From assembly GCF_009914755.1 (NCBI RefSeq), contig NC_060947.1: 64,000 nt of DNA, one strand, 5' to 3'. How positions within the stretch are numbered: position 1 is the first letter of the stretch; every line of letters begins with the position of its first letter. This document shows, piece by piece, positions 11,524-24,210 of this stretch. The stretch is from the human T2T-CHM13v2.0 reference genome, Homo sapiens. Made by a program: the position numbers and the translations under genes. The notes under the pieces are model-generated. The model was not told where the DNA came from. It saw only the letters and a list, made by a program, of their open reading frames with translations, and did no database searches.

Positions 11524-14500
11524 CTGAAAGCACAGAGAGAAATTAAAATTGCTCATTTCAGCTGGGGAAAGGATTGACTTAAAGAAAAAAACACTAAGAA
11601 GGTTTTCCTTTCCTATTCCTACCGGTAACTGAAGTTATCTTTGGTGGTGACGGGTGGGGGGTTGTGGGGAAGGGATAGAGCATTATTTTTTGTAGTCATC
11701 AGGTGCCACTTTTATAATAAAATATGTATTTCCAATTTGAAAATAAACAACAGAAGAAATTTCACCAGTTACGTAAAAACAAAACGAATTTTTGTGCTCC
11801 TGGCACTCTGTAAGAGATGTGTCACAACTACTTAGTAGAGTGGTTTTTTAGACCAAATTAGAAGGCATATGATAAATGGGAAGTGTGTGTGTGGGGGAGG
11901 GGGTATTAAATGAAAACATTTTAAAGCCAATATCCAACTAAAAAGATTTTTTTCATAAGCTAGAGATATGAAATTTCATTTTCAGTGTAAATATCACAGC
12001 CAAGCCAAGTTACTGGGATTTTTTTTTCATTTATTTCTGACATTTGCCACCTCATGTATAAACTTTAAAATGGTGTATTGGCAAGATTTGTCACATAACA
12101 AATGTGTGTAATAAAGTGAGTGTTTGGAGGCCATTAGTCCACAAAGATATGTATCGGGGGAGTTAGGTGGGGAGGATTATAACTTATACACATTTAGGCT
12201 TATGTGAGGGTGACATAAACATAAATGATGAGAAACCCATTCTCCCACTCAGGGCTTATCAGACATGATAGTGCAAACCAATATTTTTTTGAAAACAGGA
12301 TTATTAAGTCAGACAGAAAAATGGTATCTAGGCTCACTTTTTAATTTATTTTTTTTTAAAGGAACCGAGCACTGTCTCACACTCTGCAGGGATTTCTCAG
12401 GCATAGGGAGAGGGCCTTCAACAGGAAATAACCAGGGGAGAGTTACTACCTAGGAGTTCTCAAAAAAAAAAAAATAAGCAAATGAGAAGAGTCTAGCTCT
12501 CTAGTGGAGGTTTGGAGCATGAGGAGGATGAAGCAGTGAGGAGCCCTGATGGAGTCGCCCACCCACGTGGCTTGACTGTCATTTATGGCCCTAAAGAGAT
12601 CACTTGAGTCTGTCCATAAGACCCTGTCATTCTGGGAGACCTCACTGCAGCCTCAGGAAGCAGTTGTTGAGAGAAGCCATGCAGACTGCTCCATGGGGAG
12701 GGAGGGGAGAGGGGATAGAGGGAGGGGAGAGGGGATGGAGGAAGGGGGACGAGGTCAAGGAAACGAAGCGAGACCCAGGAGGCAAGGTGGTGGTGAGACG
12801 GGAGGGGTTGTGGCTGGCCTTGCAGTCCACTGCAGATATCCCCTCCTGTATGGAAGAAAAGCACTGGGAGTATCACCCGGGCTTAACCCCACCATCCATC
12901 CTGTCTTCCCCAGTACTGTCCCTGCTGAAGTCTCCAAGGGAGGTGGGAGGGGCAGGCGGTCTCCCCTGACGTCAGCTTCGAAAATGAGGGATGTGACTCA
13001 TCAGGGTCATTTCTAATATGGGACTAATCTAAGACTATTTTTCGTTGAAATGTAGAAGTGGTTTGAACGTTTATAGGCATCTACAATGCTAAAGCACCAT
13101 GTCTCACCCTGGGGAAGAGGTAAGAAGAGTTGGCAAATGAGACTCATCTTTAAAGAGACCTGAGTCCAGCCTCCATGGGACAAAAACATAAAGGCCCACT
13201 AGAGACACCTGTAACATCGGGGCCCTTTCATGACAGGGCTATTAGGGATGCAAATGGGAGCTGACTAATGGTAAACACAGGAGCAAAGCCGGGAGCTCTG
13301 GACTGCATGGTACTGGGAAAGGAATAGTAGAGGGTTGGGGGAAGGCCAGGATTTATTTCTTCTGGTTACCTGAAGTTTAGTTATCCTTCCTCTTGATTTT
13401 GAGGGACCCTAAATTAGTCTCTAAACCAGGGTGCCTAAGTTTATTTGATGATAGATACTTCTCAGTGAATCTGTGAGTTGGTTCTACAGAGGGGCTCTAA
13501 CATAAACTTACCAACATTGCCTCCCATTCTTGTCTTCCCTTCTCTTTTGTCACTCACACAATCTCTAGCCCTCCCCTGCCCCAAACTGGCAAAAGAGAGT
13601 GAGAGAACATTTGGATACACCACGGATATCTTTGTGATATGGAAGTGTCTCAACACCTTACCCAGAAAACATGTAACCTGACAGACTAAATTGGAGAAGT
13701 GTGTGTGCATGCATGGTCTTTTTAATTTTGGTTTGTTTGTTTGTTTGTTTCATTTGCCTGCTCCTTCCCCACCAGCTGGCCTTTAATCTTATTCACAGCT
13801 CTTGGGTCTTCTTTGCAAATATCACTCTAACTTTTAAAAGCGCAGGAAGAGCCAGGTCAGAAAAGTGACTCAGCAAACCACATAGTGTCATTTGAAAATC
13901 TTTTTTCCTGCTTTAGAACCTGAATTGAAAATTCAGTCACTTGAGCAACCCAGGCAAATATCCCACAGCCCCACAGGGGCCTTGACTCCAGATAGGATTT
14001 GCTTTGGATAAAATTCCTAAGAAAACTCTCTGATCACCAGGTCGAATATCTAATCTCTGTCCCCTCACGAGCGTCCTTCCCTGTCACCACTTATTTTATA
14101 AGGACCATAATTGTGTAACATGAAATTATTTCTAGTTGCACTTGGGGAATTGACTGTTTTAAGAAAACCCCCTCCCAGGGTGACTCGTTTTGAAAATGAA
14201 GAATCACCCCTCAATTTATCTTTAGTGTCAATTCGACTCAATAAAATTCACATCTACTTAGAGCAAGATATACCCATTTTCTGAAGGTGTGGCCCAGGCT
14301 CCTAAAAGGCAGTTTATTGTGTCTGCTTAGGACATTTTCCTGGTGGTTGTTTTATTTTAGAAGGGAGAAGTACAGCCGTGTTCTTATTCTGGTACAATTT
14401 GGGGCTTGCCTTAGATGTTTCTGTAAACACAGGACCATCTTATTCTGATTTTGTTTAGTAAAGTGACACGTAAAAAAACTCAGGCACCAGGAGGTACTTA

Positions 14501-16701
14501 AATAAAGCAGCAGGTATATGAAAATCATGCCTATTACGATTTATACCTAGTGTTTGATACCTAATAAACAATCGGTACTTGTTGAATAAACAAGAGGCAA
14601 CATCTCAGAATTGTTTCCCTTTTAATCAAGAAGGATGTGGGAGGAATTGTGTGAATAAATATGGGCTAGTCTCATAGAATTGATTTTTTAATGTAGGGTA
14701 CACCTGAGGGTTCCCTCAAATTAAAAGCCTTCTGGCTAACTAGTGTGAAAACTACAATATCTCTCACTACTCTGTCTCCTTGGCACCCAGTATATTTCTG
14801 CTTAAACAACAACCACCTCTGCAACCAACAGCAGTGAGAGAGTCTGAAATCTTTTCATTGGCCTTGCCTGCCCCTCCTCAGCAGCCTCCCTGCAGAACTA
14901 CTGCAGCCCTCCCTCTCTGCAGTGCCCCACCTCCACCCCAGATTCCTGATGACCAGGATGCTTAGCTCTAGAAGCACCCAATTATTTGCTATCTCCACCC
15001 TTCCAAAAACAACCAGCTTTTCTCTCATCCGGGTATTCCCCCTGGTCAGAGCCCCCATCTGCATTGCGGTCTTTGAACCTGGGTGCCTCCCTTCCTTTGA
15101 AACATGCTCAAAATTCCCCTCCTCCAAAAAGTTTTTCTTGATCAAAATTAATCACTTATTCATGTCCCTAAATTCCCAGGTACCTTACTCAATAAGTATA
15201 TTAATTGTAACTGGTACCATTACAATTGTAACCGTGGGTCTGGTCCACAACCCATATGATATCTGCCAGTCCCAGGATTGTGTATCTGAGGGAACCAAGA
15301 TGTGAGTTGCTAGAAGGTAGGATGCTGTCTCTGTTACTTTGTTTTACCTTGCACACGTTCTTGATTATCCTCTCCCAAGAGAGTAGATAAGGTGTATAAT
15401 CTTTATTGGGCACAGAAAAGTTGGGAACCCAGTATCCTGTCCTGTACACGGTGTTGTTGATGCCTGGCTAGTTCTCTGGGTTGATCTTTTGAACCGATTA
15501 GGATTTGCTTACCTGAGTCAGCTTTGCCACACAGGGTGGGTCCCCGGATATCCCAGCCTTGAGTATCCCTAGAAACAAGTGGCTGCCCACACAAGGGCCT
15601 CAAGACCCTGCCAATCTCCCAAACATTTCCTTAAAGGCGCTGAAATCCATCCCTCCCCACTTTAGACAGTTCTCTGAATGGAGAACATCCGAGGCCGCCC
15701 GCGAATTACAAATGTGTTATTTGGGAGGAAGGAATGCCCTACTGTAGTAGAGGTGCCTTTGCGCCTGGGGGCGGTGTTGCCAAAAGGGAGAAGGGGGTTG
15801 CTGGGAGGGGATGGGGGGACACTGGAGTCAAATTACCATCTTCTTAATTGCAAAGCGCCTGCTCCACTCTGAGCCTTGGACGCACTGCTCTATTCCCAGG
15901 CAGCCAGCAAGCGTAGAGTGCAGGCACCTTGGTGCAGTGTGTCTGCGTGTTTTAAATTTTATTGTTTTGGTTGCGGTTGTGTCTTGACAATAAAGGGAGT
16001 CCCCTCAGAAATGCTGCCCTTGGAGGCTGAAACACTAACCTACCTACCCACTGTCCTCTTCCCCCCACGCAAGGGAAGGTGGTGTTGCCAGAGCTAAGTG
16101 GGAGTAGCTCCTAAGTAGCCTAGACGCTGATTCAGGCCCGGACTGTGCGGGACCAGGGCCAGGGAACTCCGGGGAGACTCCCCTGTCCAAACTGTGGAAA
16201 CCCAGCGTTAGCACTGGACTCAGGAATTTGCCAGTGCCGTCGGTCTGCGGACTTCAAAAAGTGGAATGCGTGGCGCCGGCTCCGCTTCTATCTGGGATTT
16301 ATGATTCCTTTCCCGCAGTGTGGAGACTGGGCTGGGCGAAGCCCACTCAGCTGTTTGTTGCGCAGACCTTTCGAGAAACACAAGATCGCTGAGGGCCCCT
16401 GGGAGCCCAAGAAAGAAAGCTCTTCATCTTGTTCCCCAACCCACAGAGCAGTGCGCCAAGTAGCGACTCTTTAAGCCCTGGGCCACCAACCAGCCCACTC
16501 CCCGAAGGCAGACGGGCCCGGGGCGCTGTGGCTTGATTTGCAGGTGGTTAGGTGGTTGTCGTCCGCAGCGGGAATGGACGCTGCGGAACCCCAGCACTCT
16601 TCCACTCTGCCCTCCCTCGCGAAGCGCAACAGCTTGGCGTCGGGGAGCCAGGGCTGCGTTGTTGGCGCCACAGCTGGCCAAGGTAAGCAGTGCATTCCCA
16701 C

Positions 16702-16828
16702 CTCTCTGTCTCTCTCTCTCTCGCTCTCGCTGTCGCTCTCTCTCGCTCTCGCGCTCTCTCTCTCTCCCTCTCCCTCTGTATGTGTGTGCGCGTGGTGTGT
16801 GTGTTGGAGAAAGAGTGCGCGCGCGCGA
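16702..16828. repeat. (CT)/(CTCG)/(GT)/(GC) compound microsatellite
   Basis: Read directly; includes alternating purine-pyrimidine runs gtgtgtgcgcgtg and gcgcgcgcgcg. Confidence 0.85.
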
Positions 16829-18284
16829 GCTGGGAGTAAGGGGGAGTCTGGTACTGCTGGGCTCGGGATTCGGACCAAGTCCTTGGCCTCATTTGTACCC
16901 CGTTGTAAATAACTACGCCCTTAAAAATGAAAAAGCAAATTCTTATACTGAATATGCAAAACCATTGAGGATACGGATCTTTCCACCATCCAGGAGATAA
17001 CACTTTCTGGGGCCCCTCCGGTGAACGAGTTTTGTTGACACTGAGTCTTCTGCGGGCAGTAGGGAGATTATATAGGGGGTTCGATCTTCTCCCTGCCCCC
17101 TCCACTCGAGATGTTCCCGCAAATTCATCGGAGAAGACCTGAGCAGACTGATGGCAGGAACTGCGGGACAGAGGGATTTTGCAGAATGTAAAGTATGTTG
17201 GAAAGAGAGAATTCGATTTGATTGAAGTGTATCCGAGGCGAATTTTAAAAGATTAGGTGGGATCATGATTTTACAATCCCCTCCCGCTCTCCAGGGCTCC
17301 AAATTAATTTCTCCGCCCAGTGAAATCACAGGGCTTGGGAAGGTGCCTAACAGCTGAGGGGGACTGGGTTTGTTTTTTTTTGTAACTACCAAAAAGCAGC
17401 TTCGAGGGGCAGCCAAGTTGGTGCCCGAAGGTAGCTGTCCCCCAGTTTCTATAAGGAAAGGAGTCGAAGGGTGCCCCTCCCCCTCCATTCCGCCCTGCGA
17501 GGAAAAGCGCGACTTCAGAAGATGCGCGGGCTCGCGCTGGATGTTTCTTTCTCGCGCTCTCACTCCTGCCCCTGACTCCCTTTTCACACTCATGCACATT
17601 CCGTGCATTTGGAGCAGAGTAACAATCAAATTCAAAGAATGTTGATCCCGCCGCTGCAGAGGGCAGGGCTGGGCTGTCTTGAGTGATTCCTCAGGAATTC
17701 CCCTCCCCTCATCCCCCCCTTTCTTCTCACCCCCGCCCATCCCCCAGAGTTGCGCAACCCGCCCCCCCCCCCCCAATCAGCGAGGTGCAAGTCAGGCCCC
17801 CACCCAACTGCATCTCTAAATTTCAGGGCAGCTTCAAGAGAGTTGGGAGGGGGCGAGGACCCTGCTTCTAATTGTCGTTAGTCGTGAGCTCTTAGAAGTG
17901 ACCAGGACTTTGCAAAGAGGGAGTGTCGAATGGAAAGCGAAGGCGCAGGTTGCAGGGAAGTGTTTTGATCCTCAGATTGCTGGGATTTACCACCGACTGC
18001 AAGTCTGTAGACACACGCACACAAACAGGCACACACCCGCACTCCGGGGCAGAGATACTCCGACGCAAGCTTGGCGCTCCGATCTCCGCACGTCGCTCCC
18101 GCTGCAGCCAGGCCGCTCCCCTGGGACTCTGGTCCACCACCCAGACGCTGGGGCGCGAAGACCACCCCATCCATGCCCCGTTTCCCGCTCTCCGGCTTTT
18201 GGGGCAGCTGGGGCGTTCACAGTCCAGAGGCCAGGGCACTCAACCCCTGCTGCCGCCGCCCGAAGGAAGGGCCGCTAGACTTAC

Positions 18285-18342
18285 CCATGGAATCGGGCAG
18301 GGACATGTCGCTGGACCGCTGCTGAGTCAGGGACTGATGCAT
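18285..18342 (-). CDS. TMEM255A: TMEM255A coding exon 1 (58 nt, MHQSLTQQRSSDMSLPDSM + G, phase 1)
   Basis: ATG at 18342 in CACC-ATG context inside the CpG island. Donor ATGG|GTAAGT at 18285/18284. Translation matches the recalled TMEM255A N-terminus and joins exon 2 in frame. Confidence 0.95.
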
Positions 18343-18841
18343 GGTGAAAACTGCCCGGTTGCCCCAGTCCCCGAAGCTGCTTCAAGCGCCCCCGGCTCTG
18401 GGCGCCCCGCAGAGCATCCTACTCCGCGGTTGCCTCTCTCGGTCCTTCCGAGAGCTGAGAGACACTGCCTCTGGTTGCGAGCTGCAGCCCAAGTGCCGCC
18501 TCCCCCTCCCTTCCACTCTTCTCCCTCCCTCCTCTTCTGCCTCCCTCTGCTCTGGGAGGCAGCAGCATTGGCGGTCCGTGCAGCCGCGTGCGCTTGCGCA
18601 AGACCCCCCCCCTCCTCCCTCCCCCTCAGTCTCCCCATCCTAGTTATCCACCTCCCAGCCTTCCAAGCCAGACAGGGAGCAGTTTTAGCCCCTTGGGGCC
18701 AGGGCTGCGCAGAGAAAGAGGGGGAGGCTTCAGTATGAAGCCAACCAACCTTCTCTATAGTTGGACAGGGTCTTGGGTAATTATCCTGTTCTAGGATTTA
18801 TAACTGGGGAGGGGGTCAGAGTCAGAGGTTCAGAGCTGAGG

Positions 18842-18842
<1 letters not shown>

Positions 18843-18876
<34 letters not shown>
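18843..18876. repeat. (AC)17 microsatellite upstream of the promoter
   Basis: Perfect dinucleotide array. Confidence 0.95.
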
Positions 18877-18879
<3 letters not shown>

Positions 18880-21800
18880 AGCAGGTCTGGTCTTAGTGCT
18901 TCCAGAATGACATAATGGAGCTGGAGATGATCCAGAGAAGGGCCACTCTATAATCAAAGGGATGGTGTGTGTGGGGCGGGGGGAGGGTGGTGGCTGACAT
19001 ATGAAGATAGATTAAACAAACGCAGACTCTTTAGTCTAGAACGATGAAGGCTGGGAAGTGATGTGACCAGAGTGTATAAAATTATGCAGAGACGGAGAGA
19101 AGGAGCACAGCCTTATTCACCAGACCTGAGAATTCTAGAACCAACAGCCCCCAATCTTTAGCTAGAAAATTCAGCTAAAGTATAACTCTGCACCAGAACC
19201 CCAGTTTGTACTGTTCAAGTGCTTTTATAACAAGGATCTCATTTTATCATCATAGCAGCCATGCAAGGGAGGAAGAGGAGTTATCAATAACCCCATTATG
19301 CAGAGGAGGAAACTGAATCTCAGAGAAGGGAAGAAAATATCCTGTGCCCACTCAGCTAGTAAGTGGCAGAAGTGAGAGCTAGAACCTAGATCTGTTGGAC
19401 TCCAAGGTGAGTGTTCTTGCTATGGCGACTGAAAAGAACTATTATTCTCTATAGCAAATGGAAAACCTAAGGAATTCATTAGCTCCAAAAGATGCAGCAA
19501 GATGAAAATGCAAGTAGCTTTGGAAAGAGTGAAAGTAAAGTCATGGCTGACAGATCCACTGTGGATTACTAAGGGAAACTGGGGATGAGGTGGGAATGTC
19601 ATTGATCTTGGAAGACAGCCAAATCCTTCTCGAACCTATCCTTTTGGACCCCATTAGGATATTGGGCTTGAAGCACCTTGTGGTTGGACCAAAAGGTGGT
19701 TTGAATGTTCTCAAAACAACTGCAGATCAGGATGAGGCCTCCTTGGAGTGCCCCCAAGACATCTATCTGGTGGCCAGGGGAGGTGGAGGGTGAGGAAGCG
19801 GGTAACAGTGGACTCCACCTCCCTCTGGGAACAGCCCTGGAAGCCTAACATAGCTAAGAGAATATACCTATTTGGAGGTGCCCATACTGTCCCATTGAGG
19901 AGCTCCCAGGCTCTGCTTGCCAGGTCTCCTTCCAACCACCTCCTTCTGATGGTTGCTGCAATCCTTTCTCCATGTTCCCCGAAAAACCCAAACCAAATCA
20001 AGTATAAAACTATTCTAAGAGTCAATGGGATGAAGAAGAGTACTTGGCTCTTTCCAGATCTGCCTTGCTAATCTACTGTAAAGCTTTGTTTTTCTTATCC
20101 AGGAAATGGGACTGAAGGCCCTTGCCCTTTCCCATCTTCTGAAGGAAGAAAATATGTTTCTTGAAGATTAAAAAGGAAGCCCTTTGTAAAGAACTTGGGC
20201 ACCCCAGGGGCCACGTTGAATGCTGTGTCAGGTATTATTAGCAACCCTACACTATACATGTGGTTTAGAAATCTGTGATATATGTCCTAGATAGAGACAA
20301 GATGCCTACTATTGTAGATGTGTGTGTCTTAAGCCTGCTTAGCTTGTGTCAGGGTCTCTATAAGCTCCACAAAGGCAGAGAGAAATCCTGTATTTATACT
20401 TCTGCAATGATTGTCTTTGAGTCCTGTTTACTTATCTCTTTCTCCTCTCATTCTAAATATCTCATACTTAATGTGGAGGACTCCTGCAACCAGCACTGAT
20501 TTCTCAGGAGTGCTTGCTAATTAACATATTTCGTTTCTGTGAAAGTAGCCTGAAAGAAAAGAGGTTTTTATACAGGCTCTAAAGACTATATGACACCTTC
20601 TTTAGAGATTCTTGGCTCCCCTATAGCAATCACACAGCAAGAGATCCCTAAAGAAGCCAAATAGAAACTTGTTACCATGCTGGTTTTGATGGACAGATTG
20701 AGGGCTTTTCAATTCAGAGAGAAACACACTACCCACCAAATGATGCAGAGGGCATATGTAATTTGACCTTTATAATCCCAAAGACACAAACTAGTGAGGT
20801 ACCTTTAATGGGAGTGAGGTTTGCTTTCTCAACATCTGTATTCCTGAATCCTGCTTGAAATTGAACATTATTTTATAAAGTACTAGAGGAGCTGGCTATT
20901 TAAAAGAACTGCATATGGTATGTTTCTTTTGTGCTGTCTCTTGGGGTGCCTTGTGGGACTTGGAGCACAGCACGCACTCAGTCAAGTTAAAAATGACTTT
21001 GAGACCAGTAGCAGTGACAATAGCAGCAGCTGCAGCAGCTTGGAGAGTAGTAGCAGTCTTCTCCCCAGAGATGGTGTATTTGTCTGGAGAGAGGATCGGG
21101 AAAAGGGGAGGGACTAGAATGGGAACTGGGGGGAAAACCCCCTACATTTTAACTAAGCCCAGTACATACACCTCTTTTCCTCCAAAAAAAAGTTTATTTT
21201 AACTCAAATTGAACAGGATGATTAAAAAGCAAGAGGCAATGTTTCCTGGGCTCCATTCTGATTTTCTTCATGTCAAAACACATGTGGAGTTTATACATAA
21301 ATAGGTTTATAATAAAACTTACCAATAGGCAAGCCATCTAGATGAAGAAACAGGTCTTTCATGCAAGTGAAGGCTACTATAAAACTGCTTGGTTAGCTTT
21401 TGATAAAAAAAAGAAATTATTAAAATGCCTTAAAATAAATCCTTTTCATAGCAAGCTTAATCAAGCATACAGTGTTGCCCTAGGTTGCAAACTGCTTTAT
21501 AGCATCAGGAAATGTTTACCAATGGGGCTGCAGCCTACTTCTCTCCATCTTCTTCAAACCAGTGATGAGCGCCCTCCCCAGAAGCCTTCAGACCAGTAGA
21601 AAAATGCCAGATGGTGCTCTGTGTCTAACACATTCTCCCTGGGAAGAGCCATAGCATTCAATTATCTCCTTATTTTGCTGACCAATTTGACTATTTAAAT
21701 TACATAGTATACCTTCCTGATTCCAATTCTGGGAATGTGGGCTAGAGAAATGTCTACATGTTTACACACACATACATGCATACATGCATATTTAAAATGG

Positions 21801-22497
21801 TGGCCATACAGGTATTCACAAGTGCACATACTTATAGACATCCCAGCTAGTATCTCTACGCTCTGGTTATCACCATCCAACTCTCGTTTTCCAGACTTTG
21901 GTTGATCAAGGACAGAGAGAAGCTTCAGAATAATGGAGAGCCTCAAAGAGTCCAAACATTCCTAACTGAGGTTGGGGTGTGCCCACCAGACTACCTTAGG
22001 TCAATGCCTAGTACTCAGTGCCTGCACCACAAACATGTGAATCTTGATTGAGGAAAACCATAGTTAAGGGTGTTGCCTGATTCTCATTGCCAGCTGGTCT
22101 TTTTCTTTGGGTACCAGGAAAATAACCATAGCACCAGGGAACAGTGTTGGTACTTGTCTTTACTTTGTTATTGATTTATTTCTATTTTGTAACCTGTGTT
22201 AGTTACCAAACGCTATATAATAAATGTTTTCCAATATCAGTAAAGAAAAAACCTTTGATAATATGATTTAAAATGAATGGAACATAATTTATTTACCATT
22301 TCACTGTTATTGAATATTTTAGAGATTGCCAGTTTTTTAACATTGTAAATAATGCAATGAACTAAACCTTTGCATCTTTTTCACCGTAGGATACAATACT
22401 ATCATGGAATTATTGGTTCAAACGTTCCAAACACATACTTTTAATTAAACTTTTTTTATCAACACACATGTAATAAAATGTACAGACCAATGTATTT

Positions 22498-22499
<2 letters not shown>

Positions 22500-22539
<40 letters not shown>
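22500..22539. repeat. (AC)n microsatellite within old L1M fragments
   Basis: Perfect array; flanks (~22200-22780) resemble antisense L1ME 3' sequence. Confidence 0.9.
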
Positions 22540-22542
<3 letters not shown>

Positions 22543-22954
22543 TAAACCACCACCCAGATTAAGATATTGAACCTAACATCCCAGATGGCTCTCTTGAGCC
22601 CCCTCCCCAGTCAATAACCCTCCCAGAGGTAACCACTATTCTGATTTTTATCAAGTCAGAATATTTTTAAGGCTTTGAAAATGTATTGCCAAATTGCCCT
22701 CCCAAATATTTGTAGCAAAGTACATACCCACCATCAGCATCTGAAAGTGTCTGGGTTCCCATGACCTCTTGATTTTACCTTGAAAAGGAGATGTTTAACA
22801 CTGAAGACACACCTAATTGCAGTCAGCTACGGGAAGGGCCAGTCAAGAAGCTGAAGTTCAGTTGGGCACAAGGCATCCAGTGGGAACCACAGATCTAGGA
22901 GGCAGAGGGCGAGGGCAGTGCCAGGGCAGACAACACTGTCACAGCCCACAAGTA

Positions 22955-24210
22955 CAGTCATGTGCCACATAATGATGTTTTGGTCAACAATGGAATGCAG
23001 ATATGAAGGTGTTCCCATAACATTATAATGGAGCTGAAAAACTCCTATCACCTAGTGACATCATAGTGCAATGTGTTACTCACGAGTTTGTGGTGATGCT
23101 GGTGTAAATAAGCTCACTGTGCTGACAATCACGTGAAAGTGTAGCATATACAATTAGGTACAATCCATAATACTTGATAATGATAATAAATGACTATGTT
23201 ACTGGTTTATGTATTTCCTATACTATACACTTTATCATTATTATAGAGTGTACTCCTTCTACTTAAATATTTTTTAAAAGTTAACTGTAAAACAGCCTCA
23301 TGTAGGTCCTTTGGGAGGTATTGCAGAAGAAGGCATTGTTGTCATAAAAGATGACAGCTCCATGTGTGTTATTGCTCCTGAAGACCTTCCAGTGGAACAA
23401 GACGTGGAGGTAGAAGACAGTGATATTGATGATCCTGACCCTGTGTAGGCATAGGCTAATGTGTGTGTGTTTTGTCTTTGTTCTTAACAAAAAATTTAGA
23501 AAAGTAAAGAAAAAAGTTAGAATAGAAAAAGCATGTGGAATAAGGATGTAAAGAAAGAAAATATTTTGTACAGCTGTACGGTGTGTGTTTAAGAGTGTTA
23601 TTACAAGGGTCAAAAGTTAAAAAAAAGTTTATAATGTACAAGTTACAGTAAGCTAAGGTTAATTTATTGAAGAAAGAATAATCTTTTAAAATAAATGTAG
23701 TGCAGCCTAAGTGTACAGTGTTTATAAAGTGTATAGTAGTGTACAGTAATGTCCTAGGCTTTCACATTCCTTCATAATAGGACACAATACTACCATGATT
23801 GTATTGAGTCACTCAGTGACTCACCCAGAGGAACTTCCAGTTCTGCAGGCTCCATTCATGGTAAGTGCTCTATACAGGTGTACCATTTTTTATCCTTTAT
23901 ACTGCATTTGTACTGTACCTTTTCTATGTTTAACTATGTTTAGATACACAAATACTGACCATTGTATTACAACAGTATTCAGTACAGTCACATGCTGTAC
24001 ACATTTGTAGTCTAGGTGAGATAGCATATGCCTTATAGCCTAGCTGTGTAGTAGGATATACTATCTAGGTTTTGCCTAATAGCCTAGCTATGCAGTAGGA
24101 TATACTATCTAGATTTGTGTGAGTACACTCTATGATGTTTGCACAAGGACGAAATCACCTAACGACGCATTCCTCAGAAGGTGTTCCTGTCAATAAGCGA
24201 TGCATGACTA
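22955..24210 (+). mobile_element. Tigger3b (Golem/MER7 family) non-autonomous DNA transposon
   Basis: TIRs CAGTCATGTGCCACATAA ... ATAAGCGATGCATGACTA, TA target duplication at 22953-54 and 24211-12, ~1.25 kb. Confidence 0.88.

Larger units (their letters stand above)
16100..18720. promoter_or_regulatory. CpG island over the TMEM255A promoter, exon 1 and 5' intron 1
   Basis: Visibly high GC and CpG density. NRF1-like TGCGCTTGCGCA at 18589-18600, CCAAT (minus) at 18567-18571, C-rich Sp/KLF-type tracts. No clear TATA; exact TSS cannot be read from sequence. Confidence 0.85.

Noticed and set aside
18419-18568. Possible 49-codon uORF starting at ATG 18568 (minus)
   Set aside because: The TSS cannot be placed from sequence, and the ATG overlaps a CCAAT box that is probably upstream of transcription start.
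16424-18794. Many long overlapping ORFs in the CpG island (e.g. 16943..17776 -, 17923..18738 +)
   Set aside because: Expected from stop-codon scarcity in GC-rich DNA. Low-complexity translations, no recognisable domain, many non-ATG starts.
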